Source: Yuukianura sp. NJ FZ-2021
Taxonomy: Eukaryota
Assembly (NCBI GenBank): GCA_046563655.1
Contig: CM102288.1
Coordinates: forward strand, 3,968,001 to 4,032,000
Direction: 5' to 3'
Length of the DNA: 64,000 nucleotides
Below the pieces are notes generated by a model that saw nothing but the letters and a program-made list of their open reading frames with translations, was not told the DNA's origin and searched no databases. This document shows, piece by piece, positions 27,201 through 39,568 of this stretch (position 1 is the stretch's first letter; each line of letters begins with the position of its first letter). The translations under genes were made by a program, and so were the position numbers.

Positions 27201-28210
27201 TTGGATCTACATGTAGAAGAGAACATGCGTCAACATCTTTCTCTCCTGTCAGAAGTAGTGAAGAAACAAAGCGGCCAAATTGTGTGTCTACGCAACGCTC
27301 TTGCCAAAATGTCGCTGGATCACAGTGGTGAGACATTGTAAAATTTTACATTCCAAAATTCAAAGAACGTTTTGAAACTTTTATTTTTGTGTCCTTTTAC
27401 GGCAATTATTGCTCACATTCCAAAAAAGTGACAAGTTTTGCAACTTGATTGCAAACAAAGTTGTTTTTCCCTTTTCGATTTTCTTTTGTCACTTTGTAAA
27501 AAATTTGAGCGTGGGTGGAAAACCGGAATTTTGAAACTGACAATTTTCGAAATCATAAAAAATGAAAAATGACAAAACGAATTTTTTAACAGGAACCATG
27601 ATTTGGAAAATCAGTGAATTTGCAACAAAGATGAAAGAGGCCAAAGAAAAAGAAGGAACGGAGTTGATCAGCCATCCGTTTTATACGAGCGAACATGGAT
27701 ACAAACTGCAAGTAAGTTAATTAACAACTAAGTTAATTAAAATTTTAACTAATTATTAAATTTTTTGTAGGCTTCCATATTTTTGAATGGAAATGGAGTT
27801 GGTGAGGGGTCACATGTTTCTGTGTACATCAAAATTCTCCCGGGTGAATTCGACTCTATCCTAAAATGGCCATTTTCTCACGCCGTCTCGTTCACACTTT
27901 TTGACCAACATTGTCACTCTGGAACCGAGAAAGTAAAAACCTAACTTTACATTTAACTTAACTAGCTTAGTTTTTGGCCAAATTTTAACTTTCTTTTGGA
28001 TTTTAGACGCTGAATATCGCTGAAAGTTTCAATCCAGACCCGAGTTGGAAAAATTTTCAGCGACCAAGTAAGGAACCGGACACTTTGGGATTTGGATTTC
28101 CACGCTTCGTCTCTCACGAAACTCTGAGCAAACGGAACTACGTCAAAGACGACACGATTTTTCTCAGAATCAAAATCGAGCCAGGAAAAATCGTCCCGAT
28201 TGGAAATTAG
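24299..28210 (+). CDS. Traf4: TNF receptor-associated factor 4-like (TRAF zinc fingers + MATH domain, no RING found; ~451 aa)
   Basis: Exons 24299-24354, 24600-24687, 26377-26484, 26571-26732, 26805-27119, 27186-27327, 27593-27711, 27771-27932, 28007-28210 (1356 nt). Contains SLVFCIHHKDGCVWSDELRKLKGHLNTC, repeated C/H zinc fingers, and MATH motifs IWKI, FYTSEHGYKLQ, FLNGNG, LKWPF, GFGFPRF, YVKDDTIF. The first two exons are less certain. Confidence 0.92.
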
Positions 28211-29324
28211 AAGTTACACAAAAGAAATCGAAGGACAAAATTGTTGCTAAAGATTGGTGGAGATGTTATTCAAATGGCAAACGATTCACTGCCTTGAAGT
28301 TTCAAAAAGGAAGAGATTCACTTCGTAAAAAAGTGGCAATTATTTGCCTTATTGTCATTTCATGTCTTTCATTTAGCTCTTAAGTGTAATTTGTTTTGAA
28401 ATGTTTGAATATTTAGACTCATAATTACAAATTCTTTAGATTCTTAGCAATTTAACAAAAAAAAATGTTTGAACGCCACTCAAAAAAAGTACTACGGTTA
28501 AGCTGCTATGATGTAAAAGAAGTGGAGGTTGGAGGTTGTCATTTCTGAGCAGAAACCTGGGTTAACATTTTTAAAGAACAGCACTTTTAAGTTAGTTTTT
28601 TCCGTAATTTTTTGGAAATTTTTGAATTCTTCATATTTTGTAAATTATAGTGCGACTTTATTTATTTTACATGTTCACTATGAATAAATTGAAGATCCAA
28701 AATCGACTGGAACTTGTTCCTTAGCAATTTCTCGTCAAAACGAGCTTTTGGGTATTCCTAAGCTGTAGGAAGAAATTTTTATGTATTCCTGGTAATTCAA
28801 TTTTTGAAATTTAAACTTTTTAAAGCAGATTTTAAAAGCGTTAGTCAGAATAGTTGGTTTATATAACGGAATGACTGACCAAAAGACGCTTTTTAGTTTG
28901 AAACGAAAAAGAGCGGGAAATCAGATATTACATAACAAGGAAAATTAAATCATGTGTTTAATTTTAGTCTGTAGGATTGTTTTTTTAATTAAGCTTTGGT
29001 TTAAGTTGTTTAATTTTGGTTATTTTTTTAATTAGGTTGAATTTAGCTGAAAGGTAAGGCCTATTTGAACAACTAAACACAATGGGAAACTACGAGAATG
29101 GGTTTGGATTTCTTTAGATCAAAAGTGAAAGTAAAGCAATTCCAAAATCCAAATTAGGGCAATGACAATGCTCAATGAGGAGCATTGCCCATTAGAAACT
29201 GGCGCTAATTAGTAACACATTCAATCGTGAAGTGGCATCTGGTTTTCATAAAAAAGCAGAGTAATATAAAAGATTGTTTTGTTTGATCCTTAGGTGCTAC
29301 GTTGATCTGATTCGTTTATCTAAA

Positions 29325-30691
29325 ATGAAGTACGACGAACTCAAACTGGGGAAAAAGCAGAATCCCAGTGTCCTTCCAATCTTGGCAGCGTCAATCATAT
29401 TTCCACTGTCCGTACTTTTCTGGGTTCTCAATTACTTTCTCAATATTGTTTCTGTCAAGGAAGATGAACTGGATGGTAGGTTCCTACACGTTATAGTATA
29501 CAGTTAATATGGAATCTTACTTAAATTATTTTCAATTAGAGCATAGCAGTGCGGGTCCAGTGAGGTGGATGTTTTCTGTCAGCGTCAGCATCTTGTTTGC
29601 AGTCTACGGTCTCCGGAAGAAGAGTCTCAGTCCAAGCGGATGCTTTTTGGGTAAGAAATGTTGACAAGTTGGACAGCATTTGGCAATTGATTTGTTCAAT
29701 GTGGCTAATTCTGTTTTTCTTATTGAAGCGATCCTGGTCGGGTTGTTTTTGAGTTTGAGCAGCTACTGCTTCATGTTCAGCCTTTTGGTCTTCTTTTTCT
29801 CGTCGTCTAGAGCCACAAAGTTTAGGCAGCATCTCAAGAAAAAGTTCGAAGAGAACTTCAAAGAAGGTAACCATTAAACTGAAAATTTTACCCGGTTAGC
29901 AATTTTACCCTGGTTTTTGTTTTAGGTGGCCAACGTGATTGGATTCAAGTTTTGTGTAATGGGGGAATGGCTACAGAACTTGGGATTTTGTACCTTCTGG
30001 ACGTGGGATACGGGGAACGACCAATTGACTTTCACTACGATTATCGAGCATCTTGGCTGGGAATAGGAATCCTTGGCAGCCTCGCCTGTGCTAACGGTGG
30101 GATCAATCAGAATCAACTAACTTTAAAGTTGATTTCAATTAATCAAACCTTTTATATCAGGTGATACTTGGGCCTCTGAATTGGGAACAGTAGTTACAGT
30201 GATTTCCAGCCAACCCAGACTCATCACGTCTTTCAAAAAAGTGCCGAAAGGGACCAACGGTGGAGTGACCATTGGGGGACTTCTGTTTAGCTTTCTCGGT
30301 GGCCTCGTTGTGGGGTTGACATACTACATTGTCATACTCTGCACAATCGACACAGCAGTGCTTAATCGAAGTCCGTCTCAGTTTCCCCTGATTTACCTCG
30401 GTGGAATCGGTGGATTACTTGGCAGTATCATTGACTCTCTACTGGGTGCTACTCTCCAATTCTCAGGTCACCCCGAATTGATCTTTTTCAAAATCCAAGA
30501 ATTTTCAAGTTTTTCTAACAAGCTGTTTTTATGTTTTAGGAATCGATCAAAATGGACGGATCCATGAAATTCCTGGCGGGAAAATTAAGCCAATCAGTGG
30601 CCTCTGTGTATTGGACAACCACAGCATCAATCTATTGTCCACAATCATCACCGGCATACTGCTTCCGCCAATTGCAGCTCAAATGATGTAG
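29325..30691 (+). CDS. TMEM19: Transmembrane protein 19 (DUF92 family; ~342 aa)
   Basis: Exons 29325-29475, 29540-29650, 29729-29866, 29926-30096, 30161-30466, 30540-30691 (1029 nt). Motifs RKKSLSPSG, FFFSSSRATK, EGGQRDWIQVLCNG, ANGDTWASELG, VPKGTNGGVT, DSLLGATLQ, LDNHSINL. Confidence 0.93.
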
Positions 30692-31156
30692 AACTTGACC
30701 TTTGACCGGTCAAGGGCAAACTGTTAAACTCAAAGTTGACCGTCCACTTTCTCAGACAAGGTTATATTCACTTTTCACTTCTAAAAATTTTCTGGACAAA
30801 GGTGACGAATATTTTTTTAATTCTAAAAGAATGACGTTCCATTTAAATGCTAAAATCGGTTGTGGCACATTTAGTTGAATTAATTAATTAATTATATTAT
30901 TATAATTACTTATATTAATTAACTAATTAGTTAATCATTGCAATTGCAATATCCTATGACACAAGAACAGTGTTTACGTCTAACGTTAACTAGAAAATAT
31001 TTTTGAACCTGACGATTTTAAAAACGAAACAAGTGACGTCATTTGAACAAAGAATTAGTAAAGGGAAGGGGGTTTCACGCGGGTAATTACAAAATATTTT
31101 GAACACTTTTTTGAAAAAGTGTTCGAAAATGAAAATTCTGGGCGCCATTTTCCTGT

Positions 31157-34100
31157 TCAATTTCGACCATGTCTACTATTCCCATTGATGGAGTCCACTC
31201 TGGTGGGAATTGGTGGTGGTGGATTATGCATTTTGGTTCCGAATCCATTATTTTGATGTTTCCCGCCATAAAGTCCACCGTCTCCATTCGTGACATGTTT
31301 GACCTCCCGATGACCTTGACCCGAGGGATGTCGCGATGGAACTTCTGGACTCTTGGGCCATGTCAACAGCAGTTTGTTTGGCCCGTCCTTGGAAAATGCC
31401 GGGACAGTTTCAGCTCCGCTGTATTGGACACGAATTGACGTCGATTTTTTGCCTAATTTACAGTCAACGTTCTCTGCTACACGAACTGTTATCTTGGCTC
31501 CATTGGATCTATTTTCAAAATTTCAAAATTTTAGAAAAAGTTTTTGAAAATATGAGGGGAGATCACGAGCAAAAACATCTAAAAAAAACCTACAATGAAA
31601 AAAAAATTTCCACGTCGACTTTCGTTTTTTTTGCAACTACTTTTTACACATCGACTTATTTTCCGCACCCACTTTTTTTTTCTGCAACGACTTTTCAGTT
31701 GCTTTAAAAAATTAAGTCGACGCAACAAATATTTCTCGTTACAGATTTTTTCGACTGTTTTTGCTAGTGATCTCCCCCCGTATGAAAATTGTTCTGAATT
31801 TTGATTTTTGCTTACTTTAGACACTGCTGGTAAAGCATCGTTATAAATTCTCCAATGAGGTCCGGTGGTGGACCTCCTTGAGGTGACGAAAGTACCCAAG
31901 AACTGACTCCCTGGATGGATCCACAGTGAAGGGCCATGACAATGTCACGTTGTGTGACCAAGTGGACTATGACAAGTTGGTCATTCCCTGGAGTAATCGT
32001 GACACCTCGGACACTTGACAAGGGGTACCCTGATTTAAGGGACTTGAAGGCCCCCTTGGGTCCATCCAGTTTGTAAATGGCAGTTTCTGTGACTAGAATT
32101 GATCTCTCTGCGAACTTCCCCCCAGAACCAGGAGTGGCCTTGAGAATTCTGGAAGAGAAGAGGACTTGCTTGAAGCGATCTTTCTGTTGAAGTTTCTGAA
32201 GACTCTGTTGATAGTCTCTGGCCTGGTTGAGTCCTTCGGACAACAAGTAGTCTCCCTTCCAGTCTCGGTTGAGACCCCAGTTTGATCTTTGACCTTTGAT
32301 CAAGTTGGTGTAGCAAATGACCTTGAGACGAAGTTGGGGCCAGTCTTGCTCTGGAACACGACGCAGGATGCACAGAGCCCACCATCTTCCATAAGCCGCT
32401 TGGATTAGTCCCACCACACGTCTCAGGGGTCCTAAGATTTAAAAAAAACGTTTGTAGAACGAATTTTAAAATTTAGCGCGAAAAGCTGAAAATCGTGATC
32501 TTACCTGGTGCCTTTGGCCAGTCGACATCCAGACCACAACTGGGCAGGGCCCTGGACACTCTATTTTTGTTGTTCCTCGGTGGGACATTGGAGATGACCT
32601 TTGGTTTTGACGAGGTCACTGGAAATCCAAGTACTTTTTGAACTTCGGCAATGTATGACCTTAGTTTGTACTTCCGGTAAACACCCATGATGAGATGGGC
32701 GGAGCGCAGGCGCTTGTAGTACTGTCGTGCCAAGTATCCTCGCCACATCTTCTGCAGAAAAATCACCAAGTTCGGAATCATCGCTGCACGGTTCTGAAAA
32801 TCCACCAAATTCAGAGGTTTAGTGTCACTCATTTTAAATTTTGGACACAACTCCAGCACACAAACGATCTTTCATGAAAGTTTATGTTTGGATCTTAGAA
32901 CTTTTACCTTTTCTAGTTTGAACAGCGATTGTGGTGTGCGCATGAAAATTTTGGTGTTGCCATAGACAACGTCATTCGTAATTCCCTGATCCTGGACGAT
33001 CGACGCCGTAGCGTCTTTGAGTGTTCCGCGTTTCGGATTTGGCCAAGTTCGGCTGGACAGCATCTTATACCTTAAGACAAATCGTTCATAGGGTGTCCTA
33101 TGTGCAAATCCAGCACGTCGCACTCGAACGTTCTCCAGAAGCCCCAAGTAGGCGACTTGGTGCTGGACACGTTCCCGGTCAAAGAGTTGCGGTGACTTGA
33201 CATCGTTTGGTTTAATACATCGGATGTAGAAAGGCTCTTTACTCTGAAGTGTCTTCACCAGCTCAATCATCGAATTCTTAAAAATGGTGCCAGCAGTCAG
33301 TGGTCGCTTCGTTGTACGCGTGATGTCCTGTGCTCCGTCTATCCACATTTTGCTTATGATCGAATTTTCAGAAGAGTAGAGCAGTCGCTTCATGTCCTGG
33401 AACAGCGTGTCCTTGTTCTTGTCCAGGAACGAATCGATCTTGTATGTCACTTCTCCGGCATAATGGCTAGAACAAATAGTAATTAAAGGTCAAATAAGAG
33501 GTTCAGAGCTCATATGTGGCGTGAGAGACAAAGAATGACAGTGCAGAAAACAAAGCACCGAGTGGGACTCGAACACACATCTCTGTATTCCGGGAGGAGC
33601 TCTAACCATTGAGCTACCAGGTTCTCCTCACAGAATGGAATCGGAAGGTACCACAACATTGTCCTTTCATACACCACTATCCTGTGTGGCCAAACGCCAC
33701 AGAAGGTCATGTTTAAGGTCAAGGTCACTTACAGGATACGGAAGTCCTGCGCATGTATCAAAGTCTTGTCGGATGGACTCAGCTGACGACTGGTATAATG
33801 CTTGTGACTCTTCAAGTTCCTGTCCATGGCTTCCAGAATAGTTTGGTCAGTGATTGACCCGACGGAGAGACAAGCTTCGTCAACAATTGAAATGATGCCA
33901 CTGTGAGGTCGTTCGACGAGGTCACAAATGATTTGGTTGTTGAAAAACTCTATGTGAGTCCACTGGATTCCTTCGCGTTTGTACTCTTCCTGTTCCTGTT
34001 TCAGCACAAGTTCTGAAAAACGAAAAGTTTTTGAATTTTTAGAAATCGTAGTTGAATTTTAAGGAATCGTCTTTAAGAAAACTTTACCAATGAAAAGTTG

Positions 34101-37100
34101 TTGTAGTTTTTCATTGCAGTAGTTGATGCAAAACTGTTCAAAACTATTGGTGTCCAGGATTTCGAATCCATAGATGTCCAGAACTCCAATGACAGTTCCC
34201 TTGTAACCTTTGACCTCATGTGGTTTGATCGCTTCATTGATCCTGGTGACCAACCAGTTGAAGACTCTTCCGTAAACAGCCTTCGCTAGAGCATCGCGAG
34301 CGTAAATGGCCTGTTCGGCTGTCAAAGTTTTCTTGACCACTTGACCTCCAGCAGCAATTGCTCGTTCACATAGAACCTTGGACAGGTCGGTGGCCTTGAC
34401 CCCCAGCAGTTTGGATGCTGACTCAACAGACCCCTTGGAAATTGAAGCAACTTTTGTGGCTTCACCGTCCGGTGACAGTGAAATGTTGCCGACATGAAGA
34501 ATGGCACCGATACTGCAAGGTTTAAATCAATTAAGTAAGTTGACTTTTCGCTTAACTTGACCTTTGACCTTACATGTCCCAAGCCGTTTTGGATTCGGGG
34601 TCACTGATACCAAGGACCTTCATGGCGGCGTTGACTGTTTGGAAATCGGACTTGTCACTGATGGTGTCCACACGGGTGACACCGCCCTGCTTTGCGTAGT
34701 GGTAACTGTCTGGGGACTTGGACAGGTCACGTCTCCGCAAATCCTGCTCTGACCCACCCAAAAGTAGCTGAAAACACAAAGGTCATGGTGAAAAACACAA
34801 AGGTCATGGTGAAAAACATAAAGGTAAAGGCGAAAAAAACACAAAGGTCAAAGGTCATGGTGAATTTGACCTCTTTTGGGGTGACCTTGACCTTACTTGG
34901 TAAAAAGCATGAAAGTTTCTTTCGTTCGCTTGTTGGTAGACAACGCGGGACTTTTCAAGTAAGTAATTTTCAATTTGACCTCCCAGAGGGTCACCTTTCC
35001 AATCAAACTGAATGTCCATGTACTTCCCAAATCGCGAACTGGAAAAAATGGAAAAATTTTGAAAATTTTTTGAGGATTTTTGAAAATTTTATGAAAATTT
35101 TGAAAAAATGAAGTACCTGTTGTCATTTCGACTCGTGCGTGCATTTCCAAATGCTTCCAAAATGCAGTTGGATTGAATCAGTACGTTTTTGACCCGTTCG
35201 ACTTCGACGTGTCCACTTTGATTTGTGACTGCAGCGATGTATCGCATGATGATCTTAGACGCTTCTGTTTTACCACTTCCAGACTCTAAGGAATTGGAAA
35301 GGTCAAAGGTCAAAGGTCATGGACTACAATTTTGTCATGAATTTTGAATTTTTACCGCCTGAAATCATAATGCAAGTGTCCTTCCCGGCTCTCCTCATTG
35401 TTCTGTAAGCTGAATCCGCAATTGCAAAAATGTGTGGCGCTCTCTCGAAAATTTCTCGACCTGAAACAAATTTGTCGACAAATTTTCAACAATTGCAGGA
35501 AAAAAAGTTCATAAACAGTTCGGAATCAGCCGCCCAGAACCTAATTGTCATCTATTAATTAGAATGTCATTGTGCAGAAAAATTCTCCTTTTTAAACAAA
35601 CTACCGTGACGAACCTTAGTAAATTTTTTGAGCAGAAAATTGCAACACAAATGAAGACACTACGCTTGCTTACCGCAAATGCTCTAAAAATGTCACGCAC
35701 ATTTTACGATTTTAGAAAGTTCATAACTCCCTCAATCATTTAAGACATTCTTTTCTAAAAAATTTCAAAATTCTAAACCTTGAAACATAATAGTTTGGCA
35801 GAGTTTCAAAATTTTGACTTTTGACTAATTTTGGAATGAAAAAAATAATTTTTTTACCTTTGTATTCATTGACTTGCTCTGTTCCGTAGATGTTGAGTGT
35901 TTTATAAGGATTTACAGAAACACACACTTCTCCGATGTAAGTGTAGATTCTACCAGCTTTAAATCTGAAATTTAAAAAAAAAAGTTCAAAAATACAAAAT
36001 GTCAAATTCAAAACAAAAACAAGTTAAAATTTTTTTCATAGTTCGAGTTTAGGTTGATTTTTTTAAGTGAGTGTAGCATTGGAGAAAAAAAAAGTTCCAT
36101 ATTTAGTCGTTTTCAGAACATGTTCCATTTTTAGCCACATGGAAAGCATCTGTCGGTACTAAAATGTGCTCAATCGCTTCCAAACGCTTTGAAATGTTTT
36201 TGAAAATGTTCTTTTGAAAAATGTTATTTTGAAAAAAATTATTTGAATTGGTTTCTTGTAAAATACTTGTGTGAAGTAATTGGCATCACATTAAACTCGG
36301 CTCCTTCCAACCATAAACACGGAAGCCACAAAAACCAACCACCACGTAAAAAGGCAATTTTTCAGGAAAAGTCAGTTAAAAGCTTGAGGTCATGCTAAGT
36401 TATTAGTCATGGCACACGGATGTTGACCTCTGACCTCCAAATTTCAAATTTCATATTGTTTCCCTCTCATTTTTCAAAATTTTACTTGTAACCAATTTGT
36501 CATGACAATCAGATCAATTTGCAAGCTTGTTTTCCAAAAATCTTTGCTACAACTGCTTGCGAGACGGAAACTTTTTCTTCAAGTTTTGCATGCGAAACGA
36601 TGTCACAGTCGAACGAGTCTCCGAGAAACTCAGCCCCACCACCTCCTCCGGCCCCACCGTTGCCGCCGGCCCCACCAAATTCCTCATTCCAATCAACTTC
36701 TTCAAGTTTTGCTGGAAGTGACATGGGCCAAAACGCAGCCAAAAGTGAGTCCCCGAGGTTGTCAAACGTTTCGTATTCTGAGGAATTCGACGAAAACAAT
36801 CCGGAACAGAAGATTTACCGAACCGAACTCACGGTACCGATCAACAATTTGTCAAAGAAAAGCATCCACAAAAGTAAGTTGCAACTTTTGAAAAATTTAG
36901 AAAAAGTGAAACAAGTTTTTTAAAGAGTTTTTTTAAGGTTCCGAAATCCTGGAGCGAGAGGAACGGATTCGGTCAGCTTCGCTACCGCGTGCTCCGACCG
37001 ACCTGATTCGAAATTCGAAACATCAGGACTGGAAACAAGATTTTCAGATTGAAAGCGGCGGAATTCGTTCGAAATTGAAATACTTTGAAGCTGAAATTGA

Positions 37101-39568
37101 AAAAGAGAATGAAGGAGTCGAGCGAAACCGAAAGCAAGCAGCTGACCTTGCGAAATACCGAAACCAACGTGAAAAAAGTTGGGAACCGTTTCGGCACGGG
37201 ATGTACTTCCAAGGAAAAACTTGCGGAGCCTTTTCATGTCAACGCGGCGGATGTGCTGGCGGGAAAAACCGAACTGAAACGATCAAGAAAAGTTCCACGG
37301 AAAATACGGAACGAAACGAATCTGCCGGTGTTGTACGAAGCAGCGGCGGATCAGCTGATCGTAATCGACGAGTCAGCGACGAATCGACTGCCACAACCCA
37401 ATCGCTGACTGAAGCTGCCGTCCGGAGTCAAGCTCTGCTCCAATCAAAAGCAGCAGGAAAAATCGAGGAAATCGAAGATGCCGATTCGTTTCGTCGCGTG
37501 TTGTCGGAATCCGGTCGAACTCTGGTTTTCGTGAAATTCTACACGCAGAAATGCTTGCCTTGTGAAAAAATGGCGAAAATTGTTCGTGAATTGTCCATTG
37601 CTCATCCTGATGTCAAATTCTACCAAATCGACGTTGACAAGGAGGGTGTCCAGACGGTTCTGGAGGAGGTGGACGTTGCACATATTCCGTCATTCTACTT
37701 GTTCAAAAATTCTAAACAACTTGCGAACTTGGAAGGCGAGGTGAACAAATCTGAACTTGAGGCTCTCATCTCACAAAATATTTGAAAAAATTCTACCAAA
37801 TGCATCAAAATAGTGTCCAAAACAAAACCTTACAAATATTTTCCAATATGAAAATAAACATTTCGATTTGCAAATTTGCAAGGTGAAAGTCTAGCTTCAT
37901 GTTAGTTTATGACTCATAAATCACTTTTGATTGGTGAAAATGAGCAAATTTTAAAACAAGAAGAAGTTAGAATGATGAATGGAAGAATTTGAAGCCTTGG
38001 TTTCTATGAGTCAGACCCACCTTTTTGCAAGTTGCAATTTTTTGCACATTTTTTCGCACGTTGTGCAGCCAAATTCGTGAAATCATCATCATCCCTCACT
38101 CTTTAATGGCCAAGAGCTAGGGTTTATGGAGGGTGTGATTTATGGAAATAGAAGTGATCTTATCATTTTGCAAAAATGAATTCGCACAAACCATTTAGTG
38201 GTACAACTGTGATGATGATGACTTTTGCAAAAAGACAGATTCATTTCCATTCATCTGCATCTTAATCCCTGAGTTACGTAACCTCGAGGTGCTAAAAATT
38301 TGCACATCGGAAAGAAAACAATAGAAGAGAAGATGACAAACCCTCCTAATGTCTTACGTAATCATCACAGTTTCACTTTTAAACATGACTGACCCACATT
38401 TCAAAAACTTCCATCATCAAAGTATCAACTTTGCAAAAATTCCGAGTTTGCAAATTTTTGGGGATAGAAGATTTTGCGAAAAGAAGAATTTTACCGCAAG
38501 GCAGAGGTCAAAACACGATATGTTTCAAAGTTTCAATAAAAATGGGTGTGGCGAGAACACGTTGCTCTTGGGGGGGTATAGAAGAGTTTTTGCAAACTTT
38601 TTGCATGAAATTTTTGCAACAAAAGATTATACCTCCAAAGTGATTGGACTGATTGGAATACTCCGCAGATTGGCTTAAGTGCATTGGTTTGCAATTTTAA
38701 TCGTGAGTACGTGCCTTTGTGACCTAATAAAAATTATTTGCTGAATTGCAAATTAGAACTTTGCGAATTGTTGCAGAAAATGAACTAACTGTACAGTACA
38801 GGACTATTAATTGGCCTTGAAAAGTGCCCAACTTAAAGTTCACTATATGTATACCTGTCAAAAATTACTAATTACCAGAATTTACAGACTTCTTAATTAA
38901 CATCCTCTCTCAGGCGTTCTCAAAATCAAATTCGAATTATTGAATTTGAATTTGAACAACGAATTCAAATTTAATTTTTTTTTTGCGTTCTTTTTTTTTC
39001 AAAAAGTTTAGAATCTCTCAAAGTTTTGTTTGTATCACAGAACTATCAGCCCATTTAACAATATTTCATTAAAAAATAAGAAGTAAATCGAATGGACAAT
39101 AACAATTAAACGTAATTTTGAATTTAGCCTTGGCGCAAGATTGCCAAATTTGAAAGTGCAAAAAAGAAGATAAGTGGAACAAAAAATGACATTGGAAGTG
39201 ACAATGGTCCAATTTGCACATTGAGCACTGATTAATCGATTAATCGCAAAAGCAGATTTCGATTAAGGTAAACCAGCACAGTAGTAGAAAGTGTCAACCT
39301 GCGAAACCTGATTTTCAATACACCAAATACAAAACATTGGCAAGTTGTAAATTTGCAAAGACAGACATATGGAAATTAGCAACTTTGAAATACAACGGAA
39401 ATGATTTGTGCGTCATTCTAAAAGTAAACTTGGATTTTGGAGGAAAAAAGTTGCATTTTTGTTGTTGCAATTTTGTTACCTTGTTTGCAAGTTGTCAACG
39501 AACTGGTCCATGCCAATTTTGTCCAAGAGAACGAAGTCTCCCACACCAACGTTATCATGGAGCGCCAT
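31157..39568 (-). CDS. Myo1D: Unconventional myosin ID (Myo31DF/MYO1D-like; ~1108 aa, 12 exons)
   Basis: Exons 39568-39480 ([16 protein letters not shown]), 35964-35858, 35460-35356, 35285-35117, 35038-34897, 34767-34574, 34512-34088, 34012-33733, 33466-32908, 32793-32505, 32431-31816, 31508-31157 (3327 nt). P-loop [58 protein letters not shown] motif ([11 protein letters not shown]), TH1 tail. Confidence 0.95.
33555..33624 (-). pseudogene. tRNA-derived pseudogene or SINE head inside a myosin ID intron
   Basis: Minus strand GAACCTGGTAGCTCAATGGTTAGAGC...GTGTGTTCGAGTCCCACTCGGTGC. The A-box and D-arm (GCTC/GAGC) are intact, the B-box/T-loop GTTCGAGTCC is present, the acceptor stem is mismatched, the anticodon arm has collapsed, and a T-rich tract follows. 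Confidence 0.65.
36600..37785 (+). CDS. Thioredoxin-domain protein with long Pro-rich/disordered N-terminus (~373 aa), nested antisense in myosin ID intron 1
   Basis: Exons 36600-36873 ([26 protein letters not shown]...; A|gtaagt) and 36938-37785 (aag|GT), in frame (1122 nt). The C-terminal ~105 aa look like a Trx fold: [17 protein letters not shown]...VKFYQIDVD...IPSFYLFKN. Confidence 0.8.

Noticed and set aside
36509..36799. Minus-strand Gly-rich ORF as a myosin exon
   Set aside because: It is the antisense shadow of the polyproline exon of the nested gene. Myo1D exons 1 and 2 join in frame without it.
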